64,000 bases of DNA from Octopus sinensis (lineage: Eukaryota), in contig NC_042998.1 in assembly GCF_006345805.1 (NCBI RefSeq), positions 40,238,001 through 40,302,000 on the forward strand, in the 5' to 3' direction. Below the pieces are notes generated by a model. It made no database searches, was not told the origin of the DNA, and worked only from the letters and a program-made list of their open reading frames with translations. This document shows, one piece after another, positions 27,935 to 39,524 of the stretch. The position numbers were made by a program, and so were the translations under genes. Every line of letters starts with the position of its first letter. The first letter of the stretch is position 1.

Positions 27935-30900
27935 ATATATATATGTAAATAAAGAGAATAAGGCCTAGTTTAGACGAAATATCATCATGTAAACAATATT
28001 CTAATACTTTAGATTTTCTAAATTTTACTATAGGGCCATACATTTTACTACACAATTATAGAGTCCCTACGGTGTCTCTCAACCTGCTAGAAATAATAAA
28101 CACATTCTTTCAAATCAGACCATAGCATCTTAAAAAGAACGGACTCATTAGGTAATGTTATAAAACAATTCGGGTTGTCATATCTAAAACGACTTTAATT
28201 ACTACGACTTTCTTCAGAGGTTTACTCAATGAAGATTGACAAAATATACCAGGCCCGGGTATAAGTGAAATCACCACCCTACACACAATTTATTAATGAG
28301 AAGACAAAACAGAGAGCATCTATATACTTCTTTCTTCACCATAGTTATGAACCAAGTTTAAAAAGTTTGAAACCATGTCTTTATTAAACATGGTAATTTG
28401 TCCGACCTCTTGTTCATTCCTCAGACTCCCCCTACCCTTATGAGAAAACCCTGGTCTAAATAAACAACATAAAACAATCAATGCTTAACTTTTTAACGAT
28501 ACACTTGACAATTTTTCGGCAATACAGTATCGATTAGTCTTTATTATAATTCCCTAATGAGTTTCCATCATATTCATGTATCTACTGTATATATAAATAT
28601 CGAAGGTAGAAAAACTATTTAGAAAAAATCGCCTTGTTTTTATGTTTTAAACCATATAATCAATCATTCCCATACTTCGCAAATAAATTTTGATTTAAAA
28701 CCACTTGGGAGGAAATTTGCAGAAAAATGCAAATTTACTGCTTACATAGAATGAAAATAAATAAATACTTTCAAAACAAGTTCCATCACATTATTATTCC
28801 TTGAAAAGTGTAACAGTGTTAACATTTAAAAGGAAGGCTTAAGAAATATATAGATAGTTGGAAATTTTCTTTTTTTTTTTTTCTTCTTAAATGCACTGTT
28901 AGCCTAGAAACTCCTGATCCCTATTCTTCAATGGGTATACAAACGTGTCCAAACTCGTATAAACTTCACTATTATAAGATTTGCCGATGCAGACCACCAT
29001 CAGTTTTCATCAAACTCTCACTCTCTTTAAGTATAATAGATATAGTCTTGAATATATAGAATAGAAAGAAACAAAATTCCATCAGCAATTGAAAACAGAG
29101 TGGATACACGTATATGTGTATATAAGTGTGTGCGTGCTAATGACTTTTGGTTTATGCATGCATTAATAAATTCTGATATCCATCCTAAATATAAACATTC
29201 ACTACCGCCCTTCAAATGTTGACCCACTGTTAGTCTGCATCAATGGCTTTGACAGGGTAAATTGACAGCTATGCAACCTCACCTTTCCCACTTAAAGTAC
29301 TCTCATACTCCACGTTATATCTCTCACAAGCACTAAGCACACCCAGTTATCAAGTTCCCCAGGGTAGAAGGGCCTAGAAAAGCCAAGGGCAACATCATCT
29401 CTCCAGACTGCAAAAGGACACATTTTTATCTTATCTTTTAAGCCATTTGCAAGCTTAGTCCGCATAACTTTAAGTGGTCGAAATCCACTTCTTTGTTCGG
29501 GTAGGATGCAAGTTCGGCTATTGCAAGTTTGTTTTCTTGCTTTGATGGCATTTTAAACAGAAGCCAGGGAATTATTAAACAGCTGTACCAAACATCTAAA
29601 CAGTTTTATAGTTCTACTATATTACAAACGGTCCCCTTGACACATATTTAATTAACCCTAGAGGTGTGAAAACTAAATCTATATAGTCGAGAATTAAAAC
29701 AGCAGTCTGAGTAAGACAACACTAGTGTTTTCTCGTTGACTTGGGTTTCCAAGTCGAAGTAAACGGCGTGTAGAATGTTCATGGGTTGAGAAAGTCTCAC
29801 ATGCATTAAAAATACAAATGTACTTGTATCTTGTATTATAGTGTCAAAAGAGGAATCGAAATCGAGTGACGGGCACGATTAGCGGAAAATTCATCAACTG
29901 CCAAAGGTGTTCGCCATATTAGTGTGTTTAATATTTAAAGAGGAAACTACTTAAACGGTTACATCCATTTACAGATGCCAGCAGAAAGTTTACAACGTTG
30001 AAATCGTTATCTCACCGGTGTGCTTACGCTAGATACGTGCACTATAGGCAGCTTAATTAGAAAGTCGACATAGGCCGTTATAAAAGCAAACTTGCAAGCT
30101 ATTATTCTAGTACGCAACCAATGGATTACGAATAGATTACTATGATTATACGATAGAAGCCAGTTTCTTGGCTTTTGTTTTAGATATTAGCCCAAATCCG
30201 ATGTAAATGAAAATAAACATACATATCGTGTATTTTATCGAAGAATAATCTTAAGTAACACGTGCATTTGTATGGCTAAAACGTGTGTATTCATAAATTG
30301 GTCAAGAAATTAAATATACGTTTGTCCGAATAAAAGCATAGTTTTGAGAAATATAATCTTAAATTCATTCATTTTTTTTTTCATCTCTCAGAAAATATTT
30401 ATTCAGATTCTGAAGTCTTACGCACTTTCTTTACTACCAAAATAATTCATCTTACAACATTCGAGACTAATTTACCTGTATCGAAATAAGTAAGCTGCTA
30501 ATAGTTTATTTCATATTGATCAATGTTAATATATATTGAAAATACCAGTGAGAATCAGATAGTTTTCTTTGTTTTAATTACGTTCATACTACGCTTTTGT
30601 TAGTATTTTTATTTATTTATTTTTGTTTGCAACTTACATAATTGGTACTTAAACATCGTTGCTTGTCAAAAGCTTTGTTCAAATGATGCCATTCACATAA
30701 CAGTATTTCAGGTTGTTTCAAACAAATCAGAATCTGTCGATTACAATAGATGTAGAAATACTATAAACTTTGTGAAATTAACTGGTACAGTGCATCGCGA
30801 TCTCTTTCGCTTCTACACACACGCATTATGTATATACAATCGAGATAACAGGTGAGATATTACATACAGAGAATTGATAATCAATTCATTTGACAATTCA

Positions 30901-31093
30901 GAAAGGTTGACTCTAATGCGTGGGAATCTGTGTTGACATTAGGAACAGGACAAGCTATTTCTCTATAAAAGTAATTATAGTGATAGAAAAATTGACATTA
31001 TTTGTTTTATCGATTTACTTCTTTTTCTTAGGTAAACAGAATAAGTTAACTGTTGCATTTACAACAACAATAATAATAATGTTTCTAACTTAC

Positions 31094-31601
31094 CATCATT
31101 AGAAGCTTTTGTATGGGTTAAACGCAAAACATCCTTATGCGTCCAACCGGCTTTGGATTTATAACGTGTTGCATTCTCAGCTAGCTGCTTGGGATCCTTG
31201 GAATTGTACCAGGAACTAATGGTCTTTCTCTGAAGTTTACCCCATCCTTTAGAAGGGTTGTTTAAAGTCTGAGAAAAGGCTATAAATGTGAATAAGTCGG
31301 TCGGTAAAGTACAAACCTCAGCCAAAGCCTTGTAGGCATCTCGCTTTGCTATTTTATCAGAACTCCGTGTACAGAGGGCCAGACAAAAAAGCAATGGGGT
31401 TTTACGAATCGATTTACCTTCTTTGGTATATGCAAGTACCTCTTTGACAACTTCTTTACCTTTCCCATCTTCAATCAGTTTTGAAATAGTTGGAGCGCTT
31501 TCTTTTTTGAGGATTTGTTCTCCAAATTCATATAAAGGCCCTTCAGTTCCAATAGACAAGAAACGATTTAGTTTCCACAGGTCATCCGCTTCTATACTCA
31601 T
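31094..31601 (-). CDS. RO60: RO60 (60-kDa SS-A/Ro ribonucleoprotein, TROVE domain), first coding exon
   Basis: LNRFLSIGTEG, PLLFCLALC, EVCTLPTDLFTFI, GWGKLQRKTISSWY and RYKSKAGWTHKDVLRLTH match the Ro60 N-terminal HEAT region. The exon ends at GATG|gtaag (phase 1) after ..KASND. An in-frame TAA lies 10 codons upstream of the ATG. Confidence 0.93.
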
Positions 31602-31749
31602 TATTCCTTTCTTTTCAGAACCCTTATTTTAAAACACTGAATTCAGAAAAGGTTTTCTATGTCTAATAATTTTAACAAGCCATCCAGCAACCAGGCTAGC
31701 ACTGCCAAACAAAAGCTGATGTGAAACGAGTATTATTTAACAATAAAAG

Positions 31750-32300
31750 ATCTTGAACAGCTGAGCGAGAAGCTAAACTGCTTCCGTTTTCCAATATCGG
31801 CGCCAGACAAAATAGCTGCAACTCTTAAGGGCACGTGTTGTTTGTCTTCTTACAAGCCTCCACCTTGAATCACACTTGTTACCTGAGGGAGTTGTCTCTG
31901 TTTTTACTACTGAAGTAATCAAGTTAAAAGCCGAAGATCACGCTGGGAAAAAATTTGATGCTATTTTTATATGTTGCTGCCTTTTTTTCTTCCTTACTTC
32001 TTTTGATTTTATTTATATTTTACTGTTTTAAAGCATGTTTATGGTCGAAAATGGCCGCCGGAGTATTGCAACTATGAGTCATGAACACAAAATAAGAAGC
32101 TAAGTTGCTAGGAAGAAGTCGGTGATCTGTCGAAGTCAGTGATTAAGTGTTAATTGCCGAGAGGCGAGTACGTTGCGCCAAAACAGTTGACAGGAAATCA
32201 AATAAAACTACCAACTGCACGTATTTATAATTCCAACGATGGCAATTTGGCGAAAGTGGTAAAAAAAAAGAAGCTGACAACTTAAAATGTCTTGCACCGG
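31750..32300. promoter_or_regulatory. Probable RO60 promoter region (CpG-enriched)
   Basis: Local CpG enrichment, ETS-like cttccg near 31780, E-box CACGTG near 31831 and YY1-like AAAATGGCCGCC at 32048-32059. Confidence 0.4.
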
Positions 32301-33302
32301 GTGGAGAGAGGATGCTAAGTAATGAGGATGAGGGGAAACAATCACTGTTATATCTTGGTAAATTTATAGACAAGTGTAAAATATCAATCCACTGAATTAC
32401 AATTACAAACACGAACAAGCTGGACCCGAATATGACAATAGCAATAAACTACAACAATAACATCAATTCAAATATTTGTTATTAATCGATTGTTTAGTCC
32501 TCTTGAGTCATTCGGCTGTTTTCTGCTATAGTAACTTCACATTAAACATATCTAATTATGGCGAATTATTAGCTTTTTTTTGTTAAATTGAGTAATCAAA
32601 AATAAGAAACTATTCAGAACAGGTTTTCTGCTTGATTGTTTCATAGATATAAATGTTTTTCTTCATCAAAAGATATAAGGCTACCCAGCCTCTTTGCTGC
32701 TTTCATACAACTCCAAATCAAGTGGTATTATTACCGAGATGTCTACTATTACAGCAGGAGCAGCAGTAGTAACAACAACAATAAATGCAGCAACTCCCTA
32801 CCATAGTAGTTATTAGACAGCCTTTTAATAGTTATTTCCTCTGGATATTGTGAACTGATGCCCTTTCATTGAAGCTGACAGATCAATGTTAAAAACGTCA
32901 TTATTATATGCTTAAAATAGAAAACAATAATGGCTAATGTCATCAATTTGTGAGAGTAAAAAAAAAACAATCACTTTATTTCTCTTTCGCTTTCGATCTT
33001 ATTTCCCTTGTGGAGGTAGAGGCGGGTGGAGTTACATAAACATCAGAACATCGCGCCAGATACTTAATCATATCTAAAAATATTTATCTTTTTTTTTTTA
33101 AATTTCAGTTCATGTTAACTCATATATTTTGTTTACATAACACACAATATATTTATTATACTTATATGTGTATATATATACTCGGATCGCTACTCTCAAA
33201 CCAAATTAACGGACAGTTTACATACATATATACATACATACGTACGTGCATATGTGCATGTATGTTTATGTTTGTATATATAATATAATATATATATATA
33301 TA

Positions 33303-33512
33303 GGTACTACTTAAGAAGAGTGGTCCCGGTGCGCGCACTTGCATATTCGCGCATCCGCACTAACTAGTCGTGACTAGTCAATCCTACAACGGCTACCTGG
33401 CAAAGTAAATAAAACACGAGAACACAAAGTAAGGATCGACTAGTCACAACTAGCTAGCGCGGATGCACGAGTACTCGAGTACGCGCACCGGGACCACTCT
33501 TCTTAAGTAGTA

Positions 33513-33514
<2 letters not shown>
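33303..33514. mobile_element. 212-bp fold-back MITE inserted in (TA)n
   Basis: 33-bp perfect TIR GGTACTACTTAAGAAGAGTGGTCCCGGTGCGCG, extending imperfectly to about 80 bp; flanks are ata|GG...CC|ata. Confidence 0.8.
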
Positions 33515-33547
<33 letters not shown>

Positions 33548-33548
<1 letters not shown>

Positions 33549-33773
33549 CACCGGAGTAAACACATAAATGTGAAATAAGGTGGAAAAAAGAGTACTCAAA
33601 TACCAGTGATAGAGTAATATGCTTTATTTAAAGCAGCAGAAAATTCAACAAAACCTGTTACTCTGAGTTTCCCGTTGCCGTTCATCGGACAGTTTTTGCT
33701 AGAATGTCCGATGAACGGCAACGGGAAACTCAGAGTAACAGGTTTTGTTGAATTTTCTGCTGCTTTAAATAAA

Positions 33774-33774
<1 letters not shown>
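33548..33774. mobile_element. Hammerhead-bearing fold-back element between two (TA)n tracts
   Basis: Perfect 70-bp inverted arms at 33622-33691 and 33705-33774 with a 13-nt spacer. Each arm carries CCGAUGA-ACGGCAACGG-GAAACUCAGAGUA. Confidence 0.75.
33648..33699 (-). ncRNA. Hammerhead-like motif, U4C core variant
   Basis: GCAAAAACUGU-CCGAUGA-ACG(GCAA)CGG-GAA-ACUCAGAGU-A|ACAGGUUUUGU. Stem I has 10 of 11 positions paired. Confidence 0.6.
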
Positions 33775-33813
<39 letters not shown>

Positions 33814-33818
<5 letters not shown>

Positions 33819-36600
33819 TAACTCTGGTTATGCCCAAACGTCTTCTACATGTCCTCCCGCAATGCAGGGGCAGTGTTACATCTGCGTTACGCACAACAGT
33901 CGGAAGAAGGGAAGAAAGTGCTCTAACTGTAACGATTTCTTCCACCTCTCTTGCGTCAAATCCACTCGACGTATCTTGGAATCCCTGTCCCGGATGTACT
34001 GCCCGAGCTGCCTAACGTCGGGAGGAGAGATAGCCCTCGCGACACTACGGATACAGAGATGCGGCATGGTGGTGATTTGATCCCGCTCAGTCTGGACGAA
34101 GCCTTGGTGTCTCTCTCTCGTCTCAAGCAGTCGGAGAGAATCATCATCAAGATCCTCAACGCAGCGAAGCCCTAGCGTCGTCTATAGGCCATGCACTTGC
34201 TACCAACAACCAGCAAGACTGGAATAAATTATTCAGTTTTGCGACGCTTGTTCTTGGGTTCCTGAGGGCTGGTGAGGGTTCGGTTCCCTCCATAACTTCG
34301 AGGCTTATCTGTAGTGTCACTTTCTTCAGCCACTATTCACCAACCAGCTACTCGCTTGTCTCAGGCTACCCACCGACACCAACGTCGTGCATGCAGGTAC
34401 CTTCCGATTGTGCAAAAAAGCTTCGAGTTCAGGTCAATCGCAAACTAATTGAGGTCGGCGTTTCAACCGTGGTGTGCGTGCTGGCCTCAAGCGACACAGT
34501 GCTCGAACCTACAACGGATGTTCTTACTGATCTCCATCTCAAGTATCCAGACCCTCCTGCAGATATCAGAGATTTCAAAATCCCTGACAGTAACACGGCT
34601 TTGTTCGTGTCCATAGATAATGTGGCTGCTGCCCTGAGATCCTTCTCTGCGAGCAGCAGTAACGGAGAAGATGGCATGCGACCCGGCCACCTCAGATATT
34701 TAATCACGTCACACTGAAGCGGGAGCACGCTTGCCCTGATCTATCACTGTTGTAACAGATTGTCTTCTTCGTGTGAGCCTCCTCCACCATGCCCGAGATT
34801 TCTTCTCAGCCAACCTTGCTGCATTTAAGAAGGGCGGAGGCTGGTAACTTGCCGCCAGAATAGTGTAAACGACCGTGCGAAGGAGAGGAATTTCCTTAAG
34901 CGTACGCTACAGATAGTCCCCTACCAGTCATTTTGTGGAAGACAAAATAGACGATAAAAAAGGTAGACATATCTGTAGCGAAGAAGTGGGTTGGTCATGA
35001 AGCTGGTACTGGGTCACCAATTTGTAGACGTTCGGGTGAACGCCGGGCTGCGTGTTCGAATTACGTCGCGTACGACTGCGTATCACGTCGGGGTCACCAT
35101 TTGTAAACGACCGTGCGAAGGAGTGGAATTCTCCACTGAAACATTCAGCACACTCGTGGCTGCTGACAACAGGATCACTTCTTCCACAAATGTCTCGCAG
35201 TGTAATTCTCTTGATCCGCTCCTTTTTGCGTAGGCTGTCGATAAGTTGCTCAATCAGTCCTCTCACTCCTCAATGTCTGGTACCTGGATGACGCGACCCT
35301 GGGTAATTCGACTGAATCTGTTGTTGAGAACCTTCAGCAGGCCATCCCAGTCCTAAAACTTCGTGGGCTTGAGATCAACCGGTCCAAGTCGGAGGTAATA
35401 AACGTGAACTAAGGTGAGGCTGAATTCCAGGACGCCGAACTCAGGATCCAGCCAGGACGCTGTCTGCATTCTTGGCTCCCCAATCTTCCCGAAAGTCATA
35501 ACAGAGTGCTTGGAGACCAAGGATGTGGACTTGACTAGGATGACTGAGAGACTGCGCCTTATTGTAGTGCACTCGGTGCCCTTCCTCTCGAGGAATTGCT
35601 TTGCCTGCCTAAGCTCCCTTTCTAGCTAGGCAATGCGCCATGTTGCCCTCTCACAGATCACCTCAGCGATATCGATGACACCATCAGGCGCTGTGCTGAA
35701 CTGATCAGCAATGTTAGTTTTGACAGCAGCGGTTGGCAACAGGCTAAATTACTTGTTAAATTCAGTGGCCGTTCCTCATTGGAACTGGCTCTGCCGACCT
35801 AACCAGGAACAGGAGTCAGCTCTAGCCGATTGGACCGTTGAAGACCTTGCCGTCCCCCAGAATACAGATGTTCAACGTAACAGTGACGATATCAAATGCA
35901 AATCTGTCTTCGGGCGGATTGAGACATCCTTAAGCCAGCACCGCATTATTTGCTTCTGTTCCGCTTCGCTGTCAAACAACGGCGCGTGGAATAGTTCGGT
36001 GCCCTCCTTAACAACTAGTACCCTTCTTGATGAATGCATTCGTATCGGAGCATCCCAGCGCTTCGGTATCCTCACGCGTGATCCACACAAAAGCCGATGT
36101 GGAGCGACAGTCGATGAATTCAGCTTACAGCCATAGTGCTGGCCGGTTCCCTCGACACGCCGCTCTGAATAACAAATTGAAGGAACCTCGTCGCGGCTGA
36201 CTTCCTGTCACAGTTGGAGCCAGTAGGTCATGACCGCAAGGATGGTAAGTGCCCCGACGGAATAACCCTAATCCTTAATCTGGGACGCGACATGCTGCGA
36301 TACGTTCTCCGGTTCCAGCCTTGTTGGATCGGCTGAAAACGCGGGTATCGCCGCTCGTAACGTTGAGGAGAGGAAGACAAACAAATACAGGAATCTGACC
36401 GGCCACTATCAGTTTGTGCCAGTCGCCGTTCTGACCTCAGGTGTTCTCGGACCCCGCACTGTTGATTTCTTCCGCAAAATCGGGATAACTGCGGTCCGTC
36501 CGAGAAATGAGCCCTGCAAGGTGAAGTGGCTGTCGCAGCTAGTGTCGCTGGACATTCTCCGTGGCAACGCCTTTGTAATCGTGTTCGCGAGACGCGGCTG
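33814..36600 (+). mobile_element. Degraded CRE-clade non-LTR retrotransposon (PHD finger, RT, restriction-like endonuclease)
   Basis: Fragments across frames: CYIC..KCSNCNDFFHLSC..YCPSC (PHD); SSNGEDGMRPGHL; SQCNSLDPLLF (QQGDPLGPLLF-like); WYLDDATLG; GLEINRSKSE; LGSPI; DGKCPDGITL..WDATCCDT; FVPVAVLTSG; LRGNA. Many stops and frameshifts. Confidence 0.85.
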
Positions 36601-36751
36601 AACACGCTATTTGGTCTGGAGTTTGTAATCTGTTACTCCCTCCAACACTCAGTCTTCTGCTACTTAATACTCCTCTACCGATGATTTTTCTTTTTGTTTC
36701 CTTGGTGAGGCAATTCTTTCTTTCTCGATAATTTGAATTTTTTATACTTTT

Positions 36752-36904
36752 CAAGGGCGGACCCAAAGGGTGGGGGTGGAGCTTGACGGGCACGTTGCCC
36801 CCTCAAGAAAAGAAGTGCGCCCTTCTAAATAATGTTATTATGCTCCTCTCTCCTGGAATTGTATTCCTTTCTCTCCCTTCGAATAATTCCTAGGACCGTG
36901 CCTG
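36752..36904. mobile_element. Small hAT-like MITE remnant
   Basis: Imperfect terminal inverted repeats caagggcggaccca / cctaggaccgtgcctg. Confidence 0.35.
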
Positions 36905-38896
36905 CTTTTAATGCTTTTTCTTTTTTTTTTCTTCCTGTAAAAATATGTAGCTAAATGAAATTTATGAATTTAAAAAAAGAAAAAGAAAAAAAATCGGTGC
37001 TTTAAATTTAAGCAGTTAAATACTAACATCATAGAATTTGCTTTCCTCTCTCGAGAATCAATAAAATTAATATGAGATACATACAGTCGGTTTCAAGCAA
37101 GTGTTTTCCCACTATTTATTAATCGAATTATCATTTCTTACAAATTTTCCTGTCTTTTCTTCTCTTCATCTTCCTAATTTTGTCTCCTCCGTCTTTTTAA
37201 GTGTACAAGCATAATTTATCTACCATCTCAAGGATATCTTCGTTTGATTTACATTGAATAAATTCTTTTAATGCGGTTTAAGTTGTAGCTAACTAGAACA
37301 GCTTCAAATTTAGGATTTAGTTTCGTTAAGAGTTCTCTACCCTGCTACTTTGAAACTTACATGGAAAGTATTACTCATCTAAAATATTTTATACTCTTTT
37401 ACTTGTTTCAGTCATTTGACTGCAACCATGCTGGAGCACTGCCTTTAGTCGAAGAAATCTACTCCCAGGACTTATTCTTTGATATTGCAGCACAAATCTT
37501 TTCTAGTAAAATAATTAAATAATTTTAAAATTTAATCAAAATATCGCATGCAAACAAATCTACTCCGCTAGGATACAGTTTTCTAAATATTTCATTGCAT
37601 GGCCACAACTTTAAGGCTGAAACGTAAAAGAATAAAAGAATGTGTATGTGATTGTGTGTGTGGTGTGTGTACATTCATGCTTACATACATACTTATGTAT
37701 GTATGTATGTGTGTGTGTGTGTGTGTGTCTCGAAGACGACGCATGAGTGTTCAACATTTTGCCGAACAATCTGCACAAATGATTTGTTTATAGTAATCAA
37801 ATGTTTGAGCTGCACATTAGCTCGCTCTCCACATCAAATTGATGTTGTCTGAACAGGTGCACTGTGTACAACACGTCAGGTGTCGAAATGATTACAGAGC
37901 AAAGTGAGATGAAATGTTTTTACTCAAGAATACAACATATTACGCAGTCTAGGAATTGAAACCATGATCTCGCGATTGTGAGTCCAACATCTCAACCACT
38001 AGGCCATATATATATATGTGTGTGTGTGTGTACTCACTGAACTGTTGGTGTAACTATGATGTTCTGGTGATCTAATAAGCAAGCTATCTTTATTTGCATT
38101 GAGTTGTGAATACACAATTTTATTGTATAATACATTGCTTGCATATTAATGCAAACATGTAAACATAATTTTATTCCCCACTGAAATTATTACTACATGA
38201 AGGTTACAAAATAGCCTTAATCATAAAGATGTCAGCTAGTTGTGGTTAACTAAATATATTCATCTCTCATAACTCCAATGGTTTATATACGCCTTGTGAA
38301 GTAATTTAACTGATTGGATCTTTTAGATTTCAACTGCATTACATTTCTCTGTATTGGATTATTAGGTAATCTGATAGCCAAGTCCGGCATAACTCACTGC
38401 AGAGAGTTATTTTCTGCATAATTATTTCTGGCATTTTAGCGCGCCAGAACGAGAACTTTTGAAAAATAACCCCAAGTGTAATTAGTAGAACTGTATACAT
38501 GTCCAATCTCATGCGGACATCCCGTGTATAGTTCTTCAAATTATATTTACAATGACAATCATGCTGAGGAGTTACGGACGAATTACGTAAGTGAAATTGT
38601 GTAAATGTTGATAGTGAAACATGCCCATGATTAATCTATATTTTTGTTATTTCTTATTTGTCATGCTCGATTACATTCTGACGTTTGCTGAATTTTCTTG
38701 AGAACATTTCTTAGTGGTAAGACCATAGCGGATCTACTTCTAGCATAAGGGTTGTCCACGTTGTGGTCATCCCTCTTATATCTATGTAATATAATTCTCT
38801 GCAGCTTCAGATTTGTATATGCTATACCACTGGTTTTAAATTGATATTAATCAAATTAATATTCAATTTTTCACCGTCATTTTAAAATTTTAATTT

Positions 38897-39081
38897 AGGC
38901 GCAGGAGTGGCTGTGTGGTAAGTATCTTGCTTACCAACCACGTTGTTCCGGGTTCAGTCCCACTGCGTGGCACCTTGGGCAAGTGTCTCCTACTATAGTC
39001 TTGGGCCAACCAAAGCCTTGTGAGCGGATTTGGTAGACGGAAACTGAAAGAAGCCCGCCGTGTATATATATATATATATAT

Positions 39082-39129
<48 letters not shown>

Positions 39130-39322
39130 TTATGTTTGTCCCCCCAACATCGCTTGACAACCGATGGTGGTGTGTTTACGCCCCCGTAACTTAGCAGTTC
39201 GGCAAAAGAGACCGATAGAATAAGTACTAGGCTTACAAAGAATAAGTCCTGGGGTCGATTTGCTCGACTAAAGGTGGTGCTCCAGCATGGCCACAGTCAA
39301 ATGACTGAAACAAGTAAAAGAG

Positions 39323-39323
<1 letters not shown>
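38897..39323 (+). mobile_element. Major tRNA-SINE family, full length
   Basis: Same sequence as 24807-25190, with an expanded internal (TA)n. Confidence 0.85.
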
Positions 39324-39353
<30 letters not shown>

Positions 39354-39475
39354 GACATTTATATAAATGTGTGTATGTATGTATATAATATATATTTGTA
39401 TGTATATATATATATCATCATCATCATCGTTTAGCGTCCGTTTTCCATGCTAGCACGGGTTGGACGGTATATTTG

Positions 39476-39524
<49 letters not shown>

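Noticed and set aside
29704-29742. AGUCUGA...UUGACU as a Y RNA Ro-binding stem
   Set aside because: It is only about 40 nt, has a bulged U instead of C, and an internal TTTT would stop Pol III early.
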